Source of the DNA: an uncultured Pelagibacteraceae bacterium
GTDB lineage: Bacteria > Pseudomonadota > Alphaproteobacteria > Pelagibacterales > Pelagibacteraceae
DNA length: 64,000 nucleotides
Reading direction: 5' to 3'
Assembly: GCA_902563575.1 (NCBI GenBank)
Contig: CACEXV010000002.1
Location: 94,702 to 158,701 of the forward strand
Shown here: positions 10,547 through 22,568 of the stretch, piece after piece
Layout: each line of letters opens with the position of its first letter
Numbering within the stretch: position 1 is the first letter of the stretch
Position numbers and translations under genes: made by a program
Notes under the pieces: model-generated
What the model was told of the DNA's origin: nothing
The model's input: the letters and a program-made list of their open reading frames with translations, nothing else
Databases searched by the model: none

Positions 10547-11815
10547 ATGAAAATTGCTATAATCGGAAGTGGTGGCAGAGAACATGCTATCTGTGAAAAA
10601 TTAAATACCTCAAAAAAAAAGCTCAATATTTTTTGCATTCCAGGTAATGCAGGTACTTCACTCCTTGCTAAGAATATTAATCTTGATTATTCAAATTTCA
10701 AAAAACTTTATGTTTTTTTAAATAACGAAGGAATTAAAACTGTCATAGTTGGCCCTGAGGAGCCGTTAGTCAATGGGATTGTGGATTTCCTGTCTAGTAA
10801 AGGCATAAAGATTTTTGGACCAAATAAGTATGCCTCGAAACTTGAGGGGTCGAAGTCTTTTATGAAAAAAATTTGTCAAGAGAACAATATCCCAACCGCA
10901 AGATACATGGTTTGCAAGAATTTTAATCATATTAATAAATTTTTGAAAACGGTGAGTTATCCTATTGTGGTAAAAGCTGACGGTTTAGCGTCAGGAAAAG
11001 GAGTTTTAATTTGTAGAACAAAAAATGAAGTATTGAATTTTTCAAAAAAAATTTTTGGGGGCAAATTTCAAAGCTCAACAAAATTAGTATTAGAAGAGTA
11101 TTTGAACGGAGAAGAGTTAAGTTATTTCGTGGTTGTTGACAAAAATAGTCATAAATTCGTTGGCTCTGCTCAAGATCACAAAAAAATTGGTGAAGGTGAG
11201 ACGGGTCTTAACACAGGCGGCATGGGGGCATATTCGCCAGCACCAATTTTGAATGAAAAATTAAAAGAAAAAATCGACAAGAAAATTATTATCCCCACTT
11301 TAAATGCTCTTAAAAGAAAAGGTTTTCCATACAAAGGTTTTTTATATGCTGGATTAATGATTTGTAAAGGTAACCCCCACTTAATTGAGTATAATGTCAG
11401 AATGGGGGATCCAGAATGTCAGGTCATCTTACCAAGAATTAAAACTGACTTAATAGATATAGTTAATGCATCGATAGAAAATAAGTTAAAATCACTAAAA
11501 ATTTCTTGGAGCAAAAAAAAATGCATGACAATCGTTCTATGTTCAAAGGGATACCCTATCAAATATAAAAAAAATGTTTTGATACCTAATTTACTAAAAC
11601 TAAAACACGATAAATCATTTAAAATTTATCATGCTGGTACTAAGATTTTAAATAATGAAGTTTACGCAATAGGTGGTAGAGTTTTAAATATTAATAATAT
11701 CGGTAAAAATTTTAGACTAATTCGAAATAAAATACTTTCGTTAATACATAAAATTAATTGGAAAAAAGGTTATTATAGACGAGATATTGGATGGAGAATA
11801 ATAAAGAAAAAATGA
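10547..11815 (+). CDS. purD: Phosphoribosylamine-glycine ligase
   Basis: GSGGREHA, VGPEEPL, KADGLASGKGV, NTGGMGAYSP, EYNVRMGDPE. Confidence 0.97.
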   Translation: MKIAIIGSGGREHAICEKLNTSKKKLNIFCIPGNAGTSLLAKNINLDYSNFKKLYVFLNNEGIKTVIVGPEEPLVNGIVDFLSSKGIKIFGPNKYASKLEGSKSFMKKICQENNIPTARYMVCKNFNHINKFLKTVSYPIVVKADGLASGKGVLICRTKNEVLNFSKKIFGGKFQSSTKLVLEEYLNGEELSYFVVVDKNSHKFVGSAQDHKKIGEGETGLNTGGMGAYSPAPILNEKLKEKIDKKIIIPTLNALKRKGFPYKGFLYAGLMICKGNPHLIEYNVRMGDPECQVILPRIKTDLIDIVNASIENKLKSLKISWSKKKCMTIVLCSKGYPIKYKKNVLIPNLLKLKHDKSFKIYHAGTKILNNEVYAIGGRVLNINNIGKNFRLIRNKILSLIHKINWKKGYYRRDIGWRIIKKK

Positions 11816-12369
11816 GAATTGTTGGTGGAATATATAAAGGAAAAAAAATTGATTTTATCAAAAATGAAACTACTAGGCCTTTAAGAGATTTTGTCAAAGA
11901 GAGTTTGTTTAATATAATCTTACATTCAAAAAGAATAAAAAATGATTTGAGATTTTCAAAAGTTTTAGATTTATATTGTGGTGTTGGCTCATTTGGTATT
12001 GAATGTATTTCTAGAGGTGCTAAAGAATTAGTATTTATAGACTCGGATAAAAAAGCTAACAAGACTTTAGAAAAAAATTTAAAACTAATTGGAAATCCCA
12101 GAAATTACCGTATTTTAAACTTTTCAGTAGAAAAATCTATTAAGCTTTTACAGGATGAAAAGTTTGATATTTTTTTTTTAGATCCTCCTTACAAGGATAA
12201 TAAATTCGTAATATCACTTGGCTTAATTAAAAATTTTAAGATATATAACAAAAATAATTTAGTAATCATACATAGAGAAAAAAATCATTCAGACGTAACC
12301 GAGTTTATTGATGTTATTTTTGAAAAAAAATATGGAAGATCAAAATTAATATTTGGAAAAATTAAGTAA
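11812..12369 (+). CDS. rsmD: 16S rRNA m2G966 methyltransferase
   Basis: MRIVGG.YKG, TRP..D.VKESLFN, LDLYCGVGSFGIE, DPPY; start placed at ATG overlapping the purD stop. Confidence 0.92.
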   Translation: MRIVGGIYKGKKIDFIKNETTRPLRDFVKESLFNIILHSKRIKNDLRFSKVLDLYCGVGSFGIECISRGAKELVFIDSDKKANKTLEKNLKLIGNPRNYRILNFSVEKSIKLLQDEKFDIFFLDPPYKDNKFVISLGLIKNFKIYNKNNLVIIHREKNHSDVTEFIDVIFEKKYGRSKLIFGKIK

Positions 12370-13558
12370 GAATATTTTTGGTCAAAATTTTTACCTGTTC
12401 TACTGCCGGTTGATTAAATGGATTGATCCCTAATAGTTTGGCTGTAATTATAGTTTCTAACATGAAAAAGACTAAAAATTCGGTAACACCCTTTTCTGTT
12501 TTATCACTCATAAACAATTCCTTATAAGGAATTTTTTTCAGTCTGAGAGTTTTAATTAATGCTTCTTTTTGAGCGTTTTTAATCTGATTAAATGTTTTTT
12601 TTTTTAGAAAAGGATATTTTTCATTAAAAATATTTTTAGATAGTTTTTTATTTTCCTCTTTTAATGAAATTATATAAAAAATTTTATCACGTGGCCCATC
12701 AAGATACAGTTGTAAGAGACTGTGATGATCCTTTGGTGCGGGGGATAATACTGGGAGTATCCCAAGATTCTTTTTTCCTAAACTCTCAGAGATTAATTGT
12801 TGACACCACAAAACAAGATTGTGAAGCTTCGATGAATAAGTTAAAAAAATTAAAGAGCTGATAATTTTTGATTTATAAATTTCACTGTTCCAATTTACGC
12901 TCTTTCTTAAAGTCGAGGTGAAGCTATTTGGTAGTTTTTTGGAAAAGAAATTTCTAAAACTTTTTATATTTAAACCCATTAAAAAACAAGGGACCATACC
13001 AACTTCAGTCAATACTGAGTATCTCCCCCCAATAAATTTATTATGTTCGACTAGTTCTATATTTTTTCTTTTTGAGAATTTATAAAGAGAATTATTTTTT
13101 TTCTCTGTAATAATTATAGTATTGCTTTTATTAAAGTTAATATTATTTAAATAATTAATATTAGTTAAAACTTCTAGTGTTTCCCCTGATTTAGAAATAA
13201 TTAGAAACAAGGAATTTTTTCCTTTAGTAGAGTTTATTTCTTTTATTTTATTTAAGTCTAAACTATTCAAAAAAATAACATTTTTCTTAATTTTTTCTTC
13301 AAATAAAGAATGTATTGCCATCGTTCCTAGGCTAGAACCACCTAACCCAATTATAATAATATTCTTATATCTTTTAAATTTTTTTAATTTATTGAAATTT
13401 ACATTTTTAATATAGTTTTTATTAAAATTGTAGTAAAAGCTTCTATAAAAATTTTTATCTTTGTCTAAATTTTTTAAGAAATTATTAAAAATCTCATTTT
13501 GTTTAAAACTTTTTTTTCTATAAAGTATATCAAAATTTGTTTTAATTTTTAATTTCAT
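12362..13558 (-). CDS. pgi: Glucose-6-phosphate isomerase (short form)
   Basis: GLGGSSLG, SKSGETLE, IGGRYSV, QLISESLGK, NPFNQPAVEQVK. Confidence 0.88.
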   Translation of the reverse strand: MKLKIKTNFDILYRKKSFKQNEIFNNFLKNLDKDKNFYRSFYYNFNKNYIKNVNFNKLKKFKRYKNIIIIGLGGSSLGTMAIHSLFEEKIKKNVIFLNSLDLNKIKEINSTKGKNSLFLIISKSGETLEVLTNINYLNNINFNKSNTIIITEKKNNSLYKFSKRKNIELVEHNKFIGGRYSVLTEVGMVPCFLMGLNIKSFRNFFSKKLPNSFTSTLRKSVNWNSEIYKSKIISSLIFLTYSSKLHNLVLWCQQLISESLGKKNLGILPVLSPAPKDHHSLLQLYLDGPRDKIFYIISLKEENKKLSKNIFNEKYPFLKKKTFNQIKNAQKEALIKTLRLKKIPYKELFMSDKTEKGVTEFLVFFMLETIITAKLLGINPFNQPAVEQVKILTKNILT

Positions 13559-13826
13559 TTAATATAGTTTTTTCTAAGTTTCCTATTTTTTTTTCTTTAC
13601 CTTTTTTTATTTTTTCTTTTGTGTCTTTTTTTGCATTACCGGGGACTGGCAATTCTCTCAAATTAGGTGGAATTACAAGTGGTTGATTTTTCTTTACCAA
13701 AAATTCATCTGTGGAGCTTTCTTTTTCATTCCTCATAACCTTACCTACTTCATCAACAGTTTGACAATTTGCTAAAATAACAAACATTAAGCAGTAAAGT
13801 AATTTAAGCTTTTTTAAAAATTTCAT
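13542..13826 (-). CDS. DUF3035-like lipoprotein
   Basis: Lipobox LANC; DEFLVKKNQPLVIPP..LPVPG motif; downstream of lspA. Confidence 0.8.
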   Translation of the reverse strand: MKFLKKLKLLYCLMFVILANCQTVDEVGKVMRNEKESSTDEFLVKKNQPLVIPPNLRELPVPGNAKKDTKEKIKKGKEKKIGNLEKTILNEIKN

Positions 13827-14283
13827 AAAATAAGATACAAATTATACCAATTGTTATAAAAATATCAGCAACATTAAATGTAAACCAGTGAAATCCTCTA
13901 TAATGTAAATCAATAAAGTCTGGAACAGAAAAATAAATTAATCTATCAAACAGGTTACCTGCCGCTCCTCCAATAACTAATGCAAAAAATAATTTTTCTT
14001 TAGAACTTGATTTAAAAAAGAAGTAAATCAAAAATATTATTATTATAGCTATTAACACAGTCATCAGTTGATAGGCCAAAGTATCATTAAAGCTAAAAAA
14101 ACCAAAAGCAACTCCACTATTCCAAATTAGATCAAAATTTAAATAATGATTTACTACGATTTCAGTATCAGATGTTTTAAAATAGTTTAAAATGTAATTT
14201 TTCGACAATCTGTCCAGAAGAAAAACGACACCCAATATAATCAGCGATGGAAAGCTTTTTATAAATATATTTTCTGTATTCAT
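13804..14283 (-). CDS. lspA: Lipoprotein signal peptidase II
   Basis: WNSGVAFG, GGAAGNLFDR, VPDFID, FNVAD; start placed at ATG overlapping the ileS stop. Confidence 0.95.
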   Translation of the reverse strand: MNTENIFIKSFPSLIILGVVFLLDRLSKNYILNYFKTSDTEIVVNHYLNFDLIWNSGVAFGFFSFNDTLAYQLMTVLIAIIIIFLIYFFFKSSSKEKLFFALVIGGAAGNLFDRLIYFSVPDFIDLHYRGFHWFTFNVADIFITIGIICILFYEIFKKA

Positions 14284-17021
14284 TAAGCCAGTGATTTTTT
14301 TGCCGTCTCGCATCTTTCGCATTTTCCTCTCACAATTTTCCAACATCGAGAGCATTTATCTCCGACCGCTAATTTGACTGTAATATTCATATCTTCAATT
14401 TTCTCATCCAAGGACAGTGTAGCTTTTGAAACAATTAAGTATTCCTGCAAGTCTATTCCTGATAATAATTTATAGTCTGTTTCATTAGCTTTTATTTCAA
14501 CTAATGCTTCTAAACTAGAGCCTATCTCTTTAGCAGTTCTTTTTTCTTCTATTGCGATATTAACCTTTTCTTTTATCTTATAAAGACTTTCCCATTTCTC
14601 TTTAAGTTTTGGATTATTCCATGTTTCAGGAAGAGTATCGAAATTAGATAAATGTATACTTTCACTTGTGGGATTTACAAGATTGGATATTTCTTCAGTT
14701 GTAAACGCGAGTATAGGTGCAAACCATTTTAATAAACACTCTAAAATAATGTTCAAAGTAATTACGCAATTTTTTCTTTTCTTGGATTGGGGACCGTCAC
14801 AATACAGGACGTCTTTTCTAATATCGAAATAAAAGGATGATAAATCTAAGGTGCAAAAATTTAATAATTCTTTGTAAAGTTTATGAAAATTATAATCATT
14901 GAAATTCTTATCTATTGAGATTTTTAAGTAAAATAATTTACACAATATATATTTTTCAAGCTCATCAAATGAAGATAAATCAATTTTTTCAAAGTCCTGT
15001 TTTTCAAATTTATCTTTTATATTTCCAAGTAAATATCTGAACGTATTTCTAATTTTTCTATATGACTCTGCATGCTGAGCTAGTATTACTTTATCAATTC
15101 TAAGATCCTCCGAATAGTCAGAGGCCGCTACCCATACTCTTAGAATATCTGCACCATAATTTTTTAAAATTTCTTCAGGAAGAATAACATTTCCCGCTGA
15201 TTTTGACATTTTCATGCCTTTGCCGTCAACAACAAACCCATGCGATAATATTTTATCAAAAGGCGCTCGACCTCTTGTTCCACAAGATTGAAGCAAAGAG
15301 GAGTGAAACCACCCCCTGTGTTGATCAGATCCTTCAAGATACATATCAGCAGGCCATTTCAAATCTTCCCTTTTTTCCAAAACAAAAGTATGAGTTGATC
15401 CGCTATCGAACCACACTTCAACTATATCGTTTAGTTTTTCAAATTCATTTGCATTATGCTCCTTACCTAAGAACCTTGATGCATCGTCAGTAAACCAGCA
15501 GTCAGACCCCTCCTTTTCAAAAATATTAGCAATATTATCGATGACTTTTTTATCTTTTAGTGGTTGCTGAGTTTTTTTATTAATAAAAATTGGTAAAGGA
15601 ACCCCCCATACTCTTTGGCGAGAGACACACCAATCAGGCCTTGTTTGTATCATCGAAAGCAGTCTTTCTCGTCCCTTTGGAGGGTAAAAAGATGTTTCTT
15701 TTATAGCTTTAATAGCTTTATCGCGTAAAGCGTTACTTTCCATTGATATGAACCATTGAGGAGTAGCGCGATAAATTAAAGGTGCTTTTGATCTCCATGA
15801 ATGAGGGTAACTGTGCCTTAATGTATCACTACCTAAAAGTTTTTTCTCTTTTTTAAGAGATTCTATTATCTTTAGATCAGCTTTGAAAACATGTATATTT
15901 TTAAATTCTGGAATTTTATCCGTGTATAAACCAGCACCATCAACTGTATACTCAGACTTAATATTATTTTTTAAGCAAAGATTAAAATCATCAGGACCGT
16001 GACTAGGTGCACAATGAACTAAACCTGTCCCTTGCTCAAGATTAACGAAATTTGCATCTAATAAGGGCACGTTATAATCAAATCCTAACTTATTGAATGG
16101 GTGTTCACAAATTGTGTCCTTTAAAAATTTACCATGGAAGTTTTTTAATATCTTAAAATTCTTTAAATTACATTTTTCTGTAACAGAATTTACGAGATCA
16201 GTAGCTACTACAATTTTCTTTCCTTTGAAATGAGACACTGGCTCAATTTCCAACAAAGAGTACTGCAGATTTTCACTATACGCCAAAGCTCGATTTGCTG
16301 GGATTGTCCATGGAGTTGTTGTCCATATAATAGCATTGGCACCTAGAAGAAAGTCTTGATTCGATTTAGTAATTTCAAATCCCGTGTAAATAGTATTTGA
16401 AGTATGCTCAAAATATTCTACCTCTGCATCAGCTAAAGCAGTTTTTTCTACTGTAGACCACAATACTGGTTTAAAGCCTTGATATAAATCGCCTTTAAGC
16501 AAAAATTTACCAAGCTCTCTAACAATTTGAGCTTCTGCGGAAAAACTCATCGTGGAATAATAATTCTCAAAATCTCCTGTAACTCCAAGCCTTCTAAATT
16601 CTTCTATGTGAATTTTTATCCATTTTTTTGCAAATTCTCTACACTCAGTTCTAAAATCTTTTACAGGAACATCGTCTTTATTTTTTTTATTCTTTTTATA
16701 TTGCTCCTCAATTTTCCACTCAATTGGGAGTCCATGACAGTCCCAGCCTGGCACATATACTGAGTCTTTACCGTACATTTGGTGAAATCTTGTTATCATG
16801 TCTTTTAAAATTTTGTTTAGAGCGGTACCCATATGAATATGCCCGTTAGCATAAGGAGGCCCATCATGAAGAATAAACTTCTTTTTTCCCTTTGAGCTTT
16901 TTCTTAGTTTTTCATAAAGGTTAATTTTTTTCCATTTTTCTACTATTGAAGGTTCCTTATTTGGGAGATTTGCCTTCATTGAGAAAGATGTTTTAGGTAG
17001 CGATATGGTCTCTTTTGACAT
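14283..17021 (-). CDS. ileS: Isoleucyl-tRNA synthetase
   Basis: DGPPYANGHIHMGTA, GWDCHGLP, WCVSRQR, KMSKS, C-terminal CSRCW zinc finger. Confidence 0.98.
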   Translation of the reverse strand: MSKETISLPKTSFSMKANLPNKEPSIVEKWKKINLYEKLRKSSKGKKKFILHDGPPYANGHIHMGTALNKILKDMITRFHQMYGKDSVYVPGWDCHGLPIEWKIEEQYKKNKKNKDDVPVKDFRTECREFAKKWIKIHIEEFRRLGVTGDFENYYSTMSFSAEAQIVRELGKFLLKGDLYQGFKPVLWSTVEKTALADAEVEYFEHTSNTIYTGFEITKSNQDFLLGANAIIWTTTPWTIPANRALAYSENLQYSLLEIEPVSHFKGKKIVVATDLVNSVTEKCNLKNFKILKNFHGKFLKDTICEHPFNKLGFDYNVPLLDANFVNLEQGTGLVHCAPSHGPDDFNLCLKNNIKSEYTVDGAGLYTDKIPEFKNIHVFKADLKIIESLKKEKKLLGSDTLRHSYPHSWRSKAPLIYRATPQWFISMESNALRDKAIKAIKETSFYPPKGRERLLSMIQTRPDWCVSRQRVWGVPLPIFINKKTQQPLKDKKVIDNIANIFEKEGSDCWFTDDASRFLGKEHNANEFEKLNDIVEVWFDSGSTHTFVLEKREDLKWPADMYLEGSDQHRGWFHSSLLQSCGTRGRAPFDKILSHGFVVDGKGMKMSKSAGNVILPEEILKNYGADILRVWVAASDYSEDLRIDKVILAQHAESYRKIRNTFRYLLGNIKDKFEKQDFEKIDLSSFDELEKYILCKLFYLKISIDKNFNDYNFHKLYKELLNFCTLDLSSFYFDIRKDVLYCDGPQSKKRKNCVITLNIILECLLKWFAPILAFTTEEISNLVNPTSESIHLSNFDTLPETWNNPKLKEKWESLYKIKEKVNIAIEEKRTAKEIGSSLEALVEIKANETDYKLLSGIDLQEYLIVSKATLSLDEKIEDMNITVKLAVGDKCSRCWKIVRGKCERCETAKKSLA

Positions 17022-17027
17022 TTTTCG

Positions 17028-17933
17028 TTAAATCTTTTTTAAATCTTTTATAATTTGCGACTTAAGTTCATTAATATTTTTAAATTTTTTCTCTGGTCTA
17101 ATAAATTTTTTAAATAATACTCTAATATTCTTATTATACAAATTTTGATTAAATCCAAATATATTTACTTCTAAATTTATATCATTAACACCAAAAGTTG
17201 GTCTATAGCCAACATTCGCAATGCCTTTATAGAAACCTTTTGATCCTTTGAGACCCACATCGACTGAATACACGCCTAACTTAGGAATCAAATAGTCTTT
17301 TAAATTTATGTTACATGTTGGGAAACCAATTTCTCTGCCTCTTTTCATTCCTTTGATTACTTTTCCTTGAACAGTCCAATTTCTTTTTAAGAATCGATTT
17401 GCATTAATTACATTTCCGTTTTTTAAATAATCTCTTATTTTCGTAGATGAAATAACCTTATTAAGCATTTTTAGTGGTTTGATTACTTTAATTTTGTATA
17501 AAAAATTATTTTCATATTTTTTTAATTTTTTAATATTTCCCTCTCGGTTTTTTCCAAATCTGAAATTATTGCTAACAAGAATATATTTTGCTTTGGTTTT
17601 AAGATATATATTTTTTTTTATAAATCTTAAATAGTCAATTTTGCTAAATTCTTTATCAAACTTTTGAATAATAAGAAAATCGATATTTAACTTTTTCATA
17701 ATTGAAATTTTTTGATCAATTGAATTTATTCTATAGTTTTTTAAATTTTTGAAAAAAGCTCTAGGAATTGGTTCAAACGTAATTACGCCAAATTTAATTT
17801 TTTTTGATTTGGCCAATCTTTTAGCCTGATTAAAAATTTTTTGATGACCTGCATGAATTCCGTCAAAATTACCAATAGCGATTACAGAGTTTTGAAATTT
17901 TTTATCTATATTAAAACTTTTATAAATTTTCAT
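17028..17933 (-). CDS. ribF: Bifunctional riboflavin kinase/FAD synthetase
   Basis: GNFDGIHAGH, ISSTKIR, GREIGFPTCN, GYRPTF, IRPEKKF. Confidence 0.96.
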   Translation of the reverse strand: MKIYKSFNIDKKFQNSVIAIGNFDGIHAGHQKIFNQAKRLAKSKKIKFGVITFEPIPRAFFKNLKNYRINSIDQKISIMKKLNIDFLIIQKFDKEFSKIDYLRFIKKNIYLKTKAKYILVSNNFRFGKNREGNIKKLKKYENNFLYKIKVIKPLKMLNKVISSTKIRDYLKNGNVINANRFLKRNWTVQGKVIKGMKRGREIGFPTCNINLKDYLIPKLGVYSVDVGLKGSKGFYKGIANVGYRPTFGVNDINLEVNIFGFNQNLYNKNIRVLFKKFIRPEKKFKNINELKSQIIKDLKKI

Positions 17934-17934
17934 T

Positions 17935-18741
17935 TCACCATTTTAATTTAGGTTGATAAAATTTACTAATGACATCATAATTATATAATAATTTAATAAT
18001 ATCTTTTTCATTTTCAATTTCGTTTTTATGGATACCTTCGTATATAAACACTGAGTCTATTTTTAACTTATTTGCTCCTAAAATATCTGTATTTAAATTA
18101 TCGCCAATTGCAATAGCTCTTTCATTTTCTTTGAGAAACATTTTATAAATTTCCGTATATGGTTTTCCAAAATAGATTACATCGCCACCAAGGTTTTTAA
18201 AAATCGATGCAATCGTACCTGCACAAAATTCACTAATATCTCCTCTGTGCACTGTAAGGTCGGGATTTGTACAAATTAATTTTTTTTTTGTAAAATTTTT
18301 TAAAAGTTCTTTATAATAGTCAAGATTATTCAAATTTTCATCAAATAGACCTGTACAAAGAATATAATCACAATCACTCAGATTTTTCTTGTTCTGTTCC
18401 AAACCTTTAAATAAAGAATTGTCTCTCTGTGGCCCAAGATGATAAAAATATTTACCAAACTTTTCTGATTTAATAGCTATTGAAGATGCTTCACCTGACG
18501 TAAATACATTTTTTAAATATTTCTCATTCATGTTTAATTTTTTTAAAAAATTGATGACATTTTTACTCGGTCTAGGAGCATTAGATAAAAAAACTATCTT
18601 TTTTTTCATAGTGTGCAATTTTTCAATTGTAAGAATTGCGTCTTCGTTCAGCTTTATCCCGTTGTGTACCACCCCCCATAAATCTATTATGAAAGTGTCA
18701 TAATTTTTCGCTATTTCACCTAAATGTTCTAGTTTTTTCAA
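17935..18741 (-). CDS. HAD-superfamily class IIA hydrolase (TIGR01459-like)
   Basis: DLWGVVHNG, SNAPRP, CTNPD, FGKP, IGDNLNTDILGA. Confidence 0.88.
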   Translation of the reverse strand: MKKLEHLGEIAKNYDTFIIDLWGVVHNGIKLNEDAILTIEKLHTMKKKIVFLSNAPRPSKNVINFLKKLNMNEKYLKNVFTSGEASSIAIKSEKFGKYFYHLGPQRDNSLFKGLEQNKKNLSDCDYILCTGLFDENLNNLDYYKELLKNFTKKKLICTNPDLTVHRGDISEFCAGTIASIFKNLGGDVIYFGKPYTEIYKMFLKENERAIAIGDNLNTDILGANKLKIDSVFIYEGIHKNEIENEKDIIKLLYNYDVISKFYQPKLKW

Positions 18742-18832
18742 AATAAACCCCTTAAATTTGTTTTAAAATCTCATAAAAAATTTGTCAAAAATATAACAAT
18801 ATTAGGCTTTTTTAGAATTTTATGTTAAATCT

Positions 18833-18860
18833 CTTGAAATTTTATAAAAATATACCATAT
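18833..18860 (+). promoter_or_regulatory. Sigma32 (RpoH)-type heat-shock promoter of groES-groEL
   Basis: CTTGAA (18833-18838) - 16 nt - CCATAT (18855-18860), close to the alphaproteobacterial RpoH consensus. Confidence 0.75.
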
Positions 18861-18887
18861 CAAATACATAAATTTATAGGAGAATAT

Positions 18888-19181
18888 ATGAAATTTAGAC
18901 CCCTTCACGACCGTGTTCTAATAAAAGTCCTTGATAGCGAGGAAAAAACAGCTGGTGGAATAATAATTCCCGATACTGCTAAAGAAAAACCTCAAGAAGG
19001 AGAAGTCGTAGCAATTGGTCCAGGGATAAAAAATGATCAAGGAAAATTATCTCCGCTAGATGTTAAAGTAGGCGATACTGTTTTATTCGGGAAATGGTCT
19101 GGTACGGATGTTAAAATTGACGGTAAAGAATATAGCATAATGAAAGAAGCTGACATTATGGGGATATCAAAAAGAAAATAA
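18888..19181 (+). CDS. groES: Co-chaperonin GroES
   Basis: [31 protein letters not shown]; SD AGGAG before ATG 18888. Confidence 0.98.
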   Translation: MKFRPLHDRVLIKVLDSEEKTAGGIIIPDTAKEKPQEGEVVAIGPGIKNDQGKLSPLDVKVGDTVLFGKWSGTDVKIDGKEYSIMKEADIMGISKRK

Positions 19182-19186
19182 ATTAG

Positions 19187-20854
<1,668 letters not shown>

Positions 20855-20856
20855 TT

Positions 20857-21537
20857 TTACCCACTAATTGATTTCAAAAAAGGCTGCAAAATTGCAGCCT
20901 TTTTTTTTGCTAAAAATAAACAAGCTGTGGATTTTAAAATTAAACCATCTTTTAAAATTCGTAAGTTATTATCCTCTAAAGTTTTACCAGTAGAGGTGAT
21001 ATCGGTAATAATTTCTGAAGAACCTATGAATGGGTAGGTTTCAGTGGCGCCTAAACTTAATACCAATTTATATTGTGTTACTCCTTTAGACATTAAAAAA
21101 TCGTTTGTAAGATTTGGATATTTTGTTGCTACCCTTAGTCTTTTATTGTGATTGGATTTCATGTCAAATGAGATTTCTTCTAAATCAGCGATAGTTTGAA
21201 CGTCTATCCAATCATTGGGAACTGCCACAACCAGATTTGCATTTCCAAAATCAAGGTTGCATTTAATCTTTATTTTATTACGTAGGCTTTTTTCAGACTC
21301 GTTTAATAAATCTAAACCTGAAATACCTAGATCTAAAGTGCCGTCTCCTAATCTTTGAATAATTTCTTTGGCATGTAGATAAATAATCTTGATATTGGGT
21401 CTATTTTCTATTTCTGCAAAATAATTTCTTTCTTTATCACTTTTTGTAAATTTTAGACCTTTCTTAACGAAAAAGTTTTCAGCTTTTTCTTTAAGTCTGC
21501 CCTTGCTTGGTAACCCTATAGTAATCACATCTTTCAT
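20857..21537 (-). CDS. hisG: ATP phosphoribosyltransferase, short catalytic form
   Basis: GLPSKGRL, DLGISGLDLL, VATKYP, GATE, DITSTGKTLEDNNL. Confidence 0.95.
   Translation of the reverse strand: MKDVITIGLPSKGRLKEKAENFFVKKGLKFTKSDKERNYFAEIENRPNIKIIYLHAKEIIQRLGDGTLDLGISGLDLLNESEKSLRNKIKIKCNLDFGNANLVVAVPNDWIDVQTIADLEEISFDMKSNHNKRLRVATKYPNLTNDFLMSKGVTQYKLVLSLGATETYPFIGSSEIITDITSTGKTLEDNNLRILKDGLILKSTACLFLAKKKAAILQPFLKSISG
20876..20908 (+). terminator. Intrinsic terminator for groESL, lying inside the 3' end of hisG
   Basis: AAAAAAGGCTGCA-AAAT-TGCAGCCTTTTTTTTT, about 20 nt after the groEL stop. Confidence 0.8.
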
Positions 21538-22568
21538 ATATTTTTTAAATTAATTGCAGCTCCTACTGCTGGGATCTTTTTTTTAGCGCCTAAGCTTTTT
21601 AATAAGTCATCATAACGGCCACCTCTAGCAATTTCTTTACTTCCAGAAAAAACTTCGAATACAATGCCGGTATAATATTCTATATCTCTTCCAAAGTTCG
21701 AAATGAAATTTATTTTCTCTTTTAGTCTCTTTAAATTTTGAATAGATTTAAGATCTTTAAAAATATTTTTTTGCAGATTGTTTTTGTTTGCAAATAATAG
21801 CAGTCTTTCATCAAGTTTTGATAATTTACAATTAATTTCTAAAAATGACCTAATAATTTTGACAATTTTTTTTCCTTCATTGAAGGATCTTGGATCCTTT
21901 ATTTTTTTATCAAACCTCCTTAATATTTCTGAGATAGATCTACCTGCTATACTTTTTCTTTGATCCATTTTCTTCATTTCAAAAAATCGTTTTTTGTCAG
22001 TATCAAATGTAACAGCATCTATATCCGAATTTTTCTCTAGCCTTTTTAAAAGTTCCTGAAAGTAGCTTGGTCTCCAAAAATGTCTGATTAGTCTCAGCTT
22101 CCATCTCTCTGGCATGTCGAGTGAATTAATCAATCTTTTAAATAAACTAACGTCTCCTACTTTTATTTGAATTCGATTACGTTTAATTTTTTTTGCAGAG
22201 TTTATAATTGTACAAATAACCTTGTAATCATCTTGAATTTGATTTTTTGACCCAAAGATTTCAATTCCTAATTGATCATTGACAAAGTCAGAGTTTTTTT
22301 TGCTAGATCTAAAGGCCTGACCAGAATAGTAAATCATAGATTTTTTTTTATGTTTTAGGTAGTTGATGCATGATGCAACCGTAAGATCTGGTCTTAAACA
22401 CATGATTTTGCCATCCTCATTCTTAAATGTAAGCATAGAACTTCTAAATTTTTCACCTGATCTCTGAATTACATATTCGGAATCTAGCAATACATCAGGC
22501 TCTGATAAAACAAATCCGCTGCTTTTAAATGTTCTGATGATTTTTTCAGATAATTTTTTGTATTTCAT
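21534..22568 (-). CDS. hisZ: ATP phosphoribosyltransferase regulatory subunit
   Basis: LRPDLT, QLGIE, EYYTGIVFE, GGRYDDL; between hisS and short hisG. Confidence 0.9.
   Translation of the reverse strand: MKYKKLSEKIIRTFKSSGFVLSEPDVLLDSEYVIQRSGEKFRSSMLTFKNEDGKIMCLRPDLTVASCINYLKHKKKSMIYYSGQAFRSSKKNSDFVNDQLGIEIFGSKNQIQDDYKVICTIINSAKKIKRNRIQIKVGDVSLFKRLINSLDMPERWKLRLIRHFWRPSYFQELLKRLEKNSDIDAVTFDTDKKRFFEMKKMDQRKSIAGRSISEILRRFDKKIKDPRSFNEGKKIVKIIRSFLEINCKLSKLDERLLLFANKNNLQKNIFKDLKSIQNLKRLKEKINFISNFGRDIEYYTGIVFEVFSGSKEIARGGRYDDLLKSLGAKKKIPAVGAAINLKNI

Noticed and set aside
12362-13558. pgi as a possible pseudogene because it is short and extremely AT-rich
   Set aside because: The frame is intact and all catalytic motifs are present.
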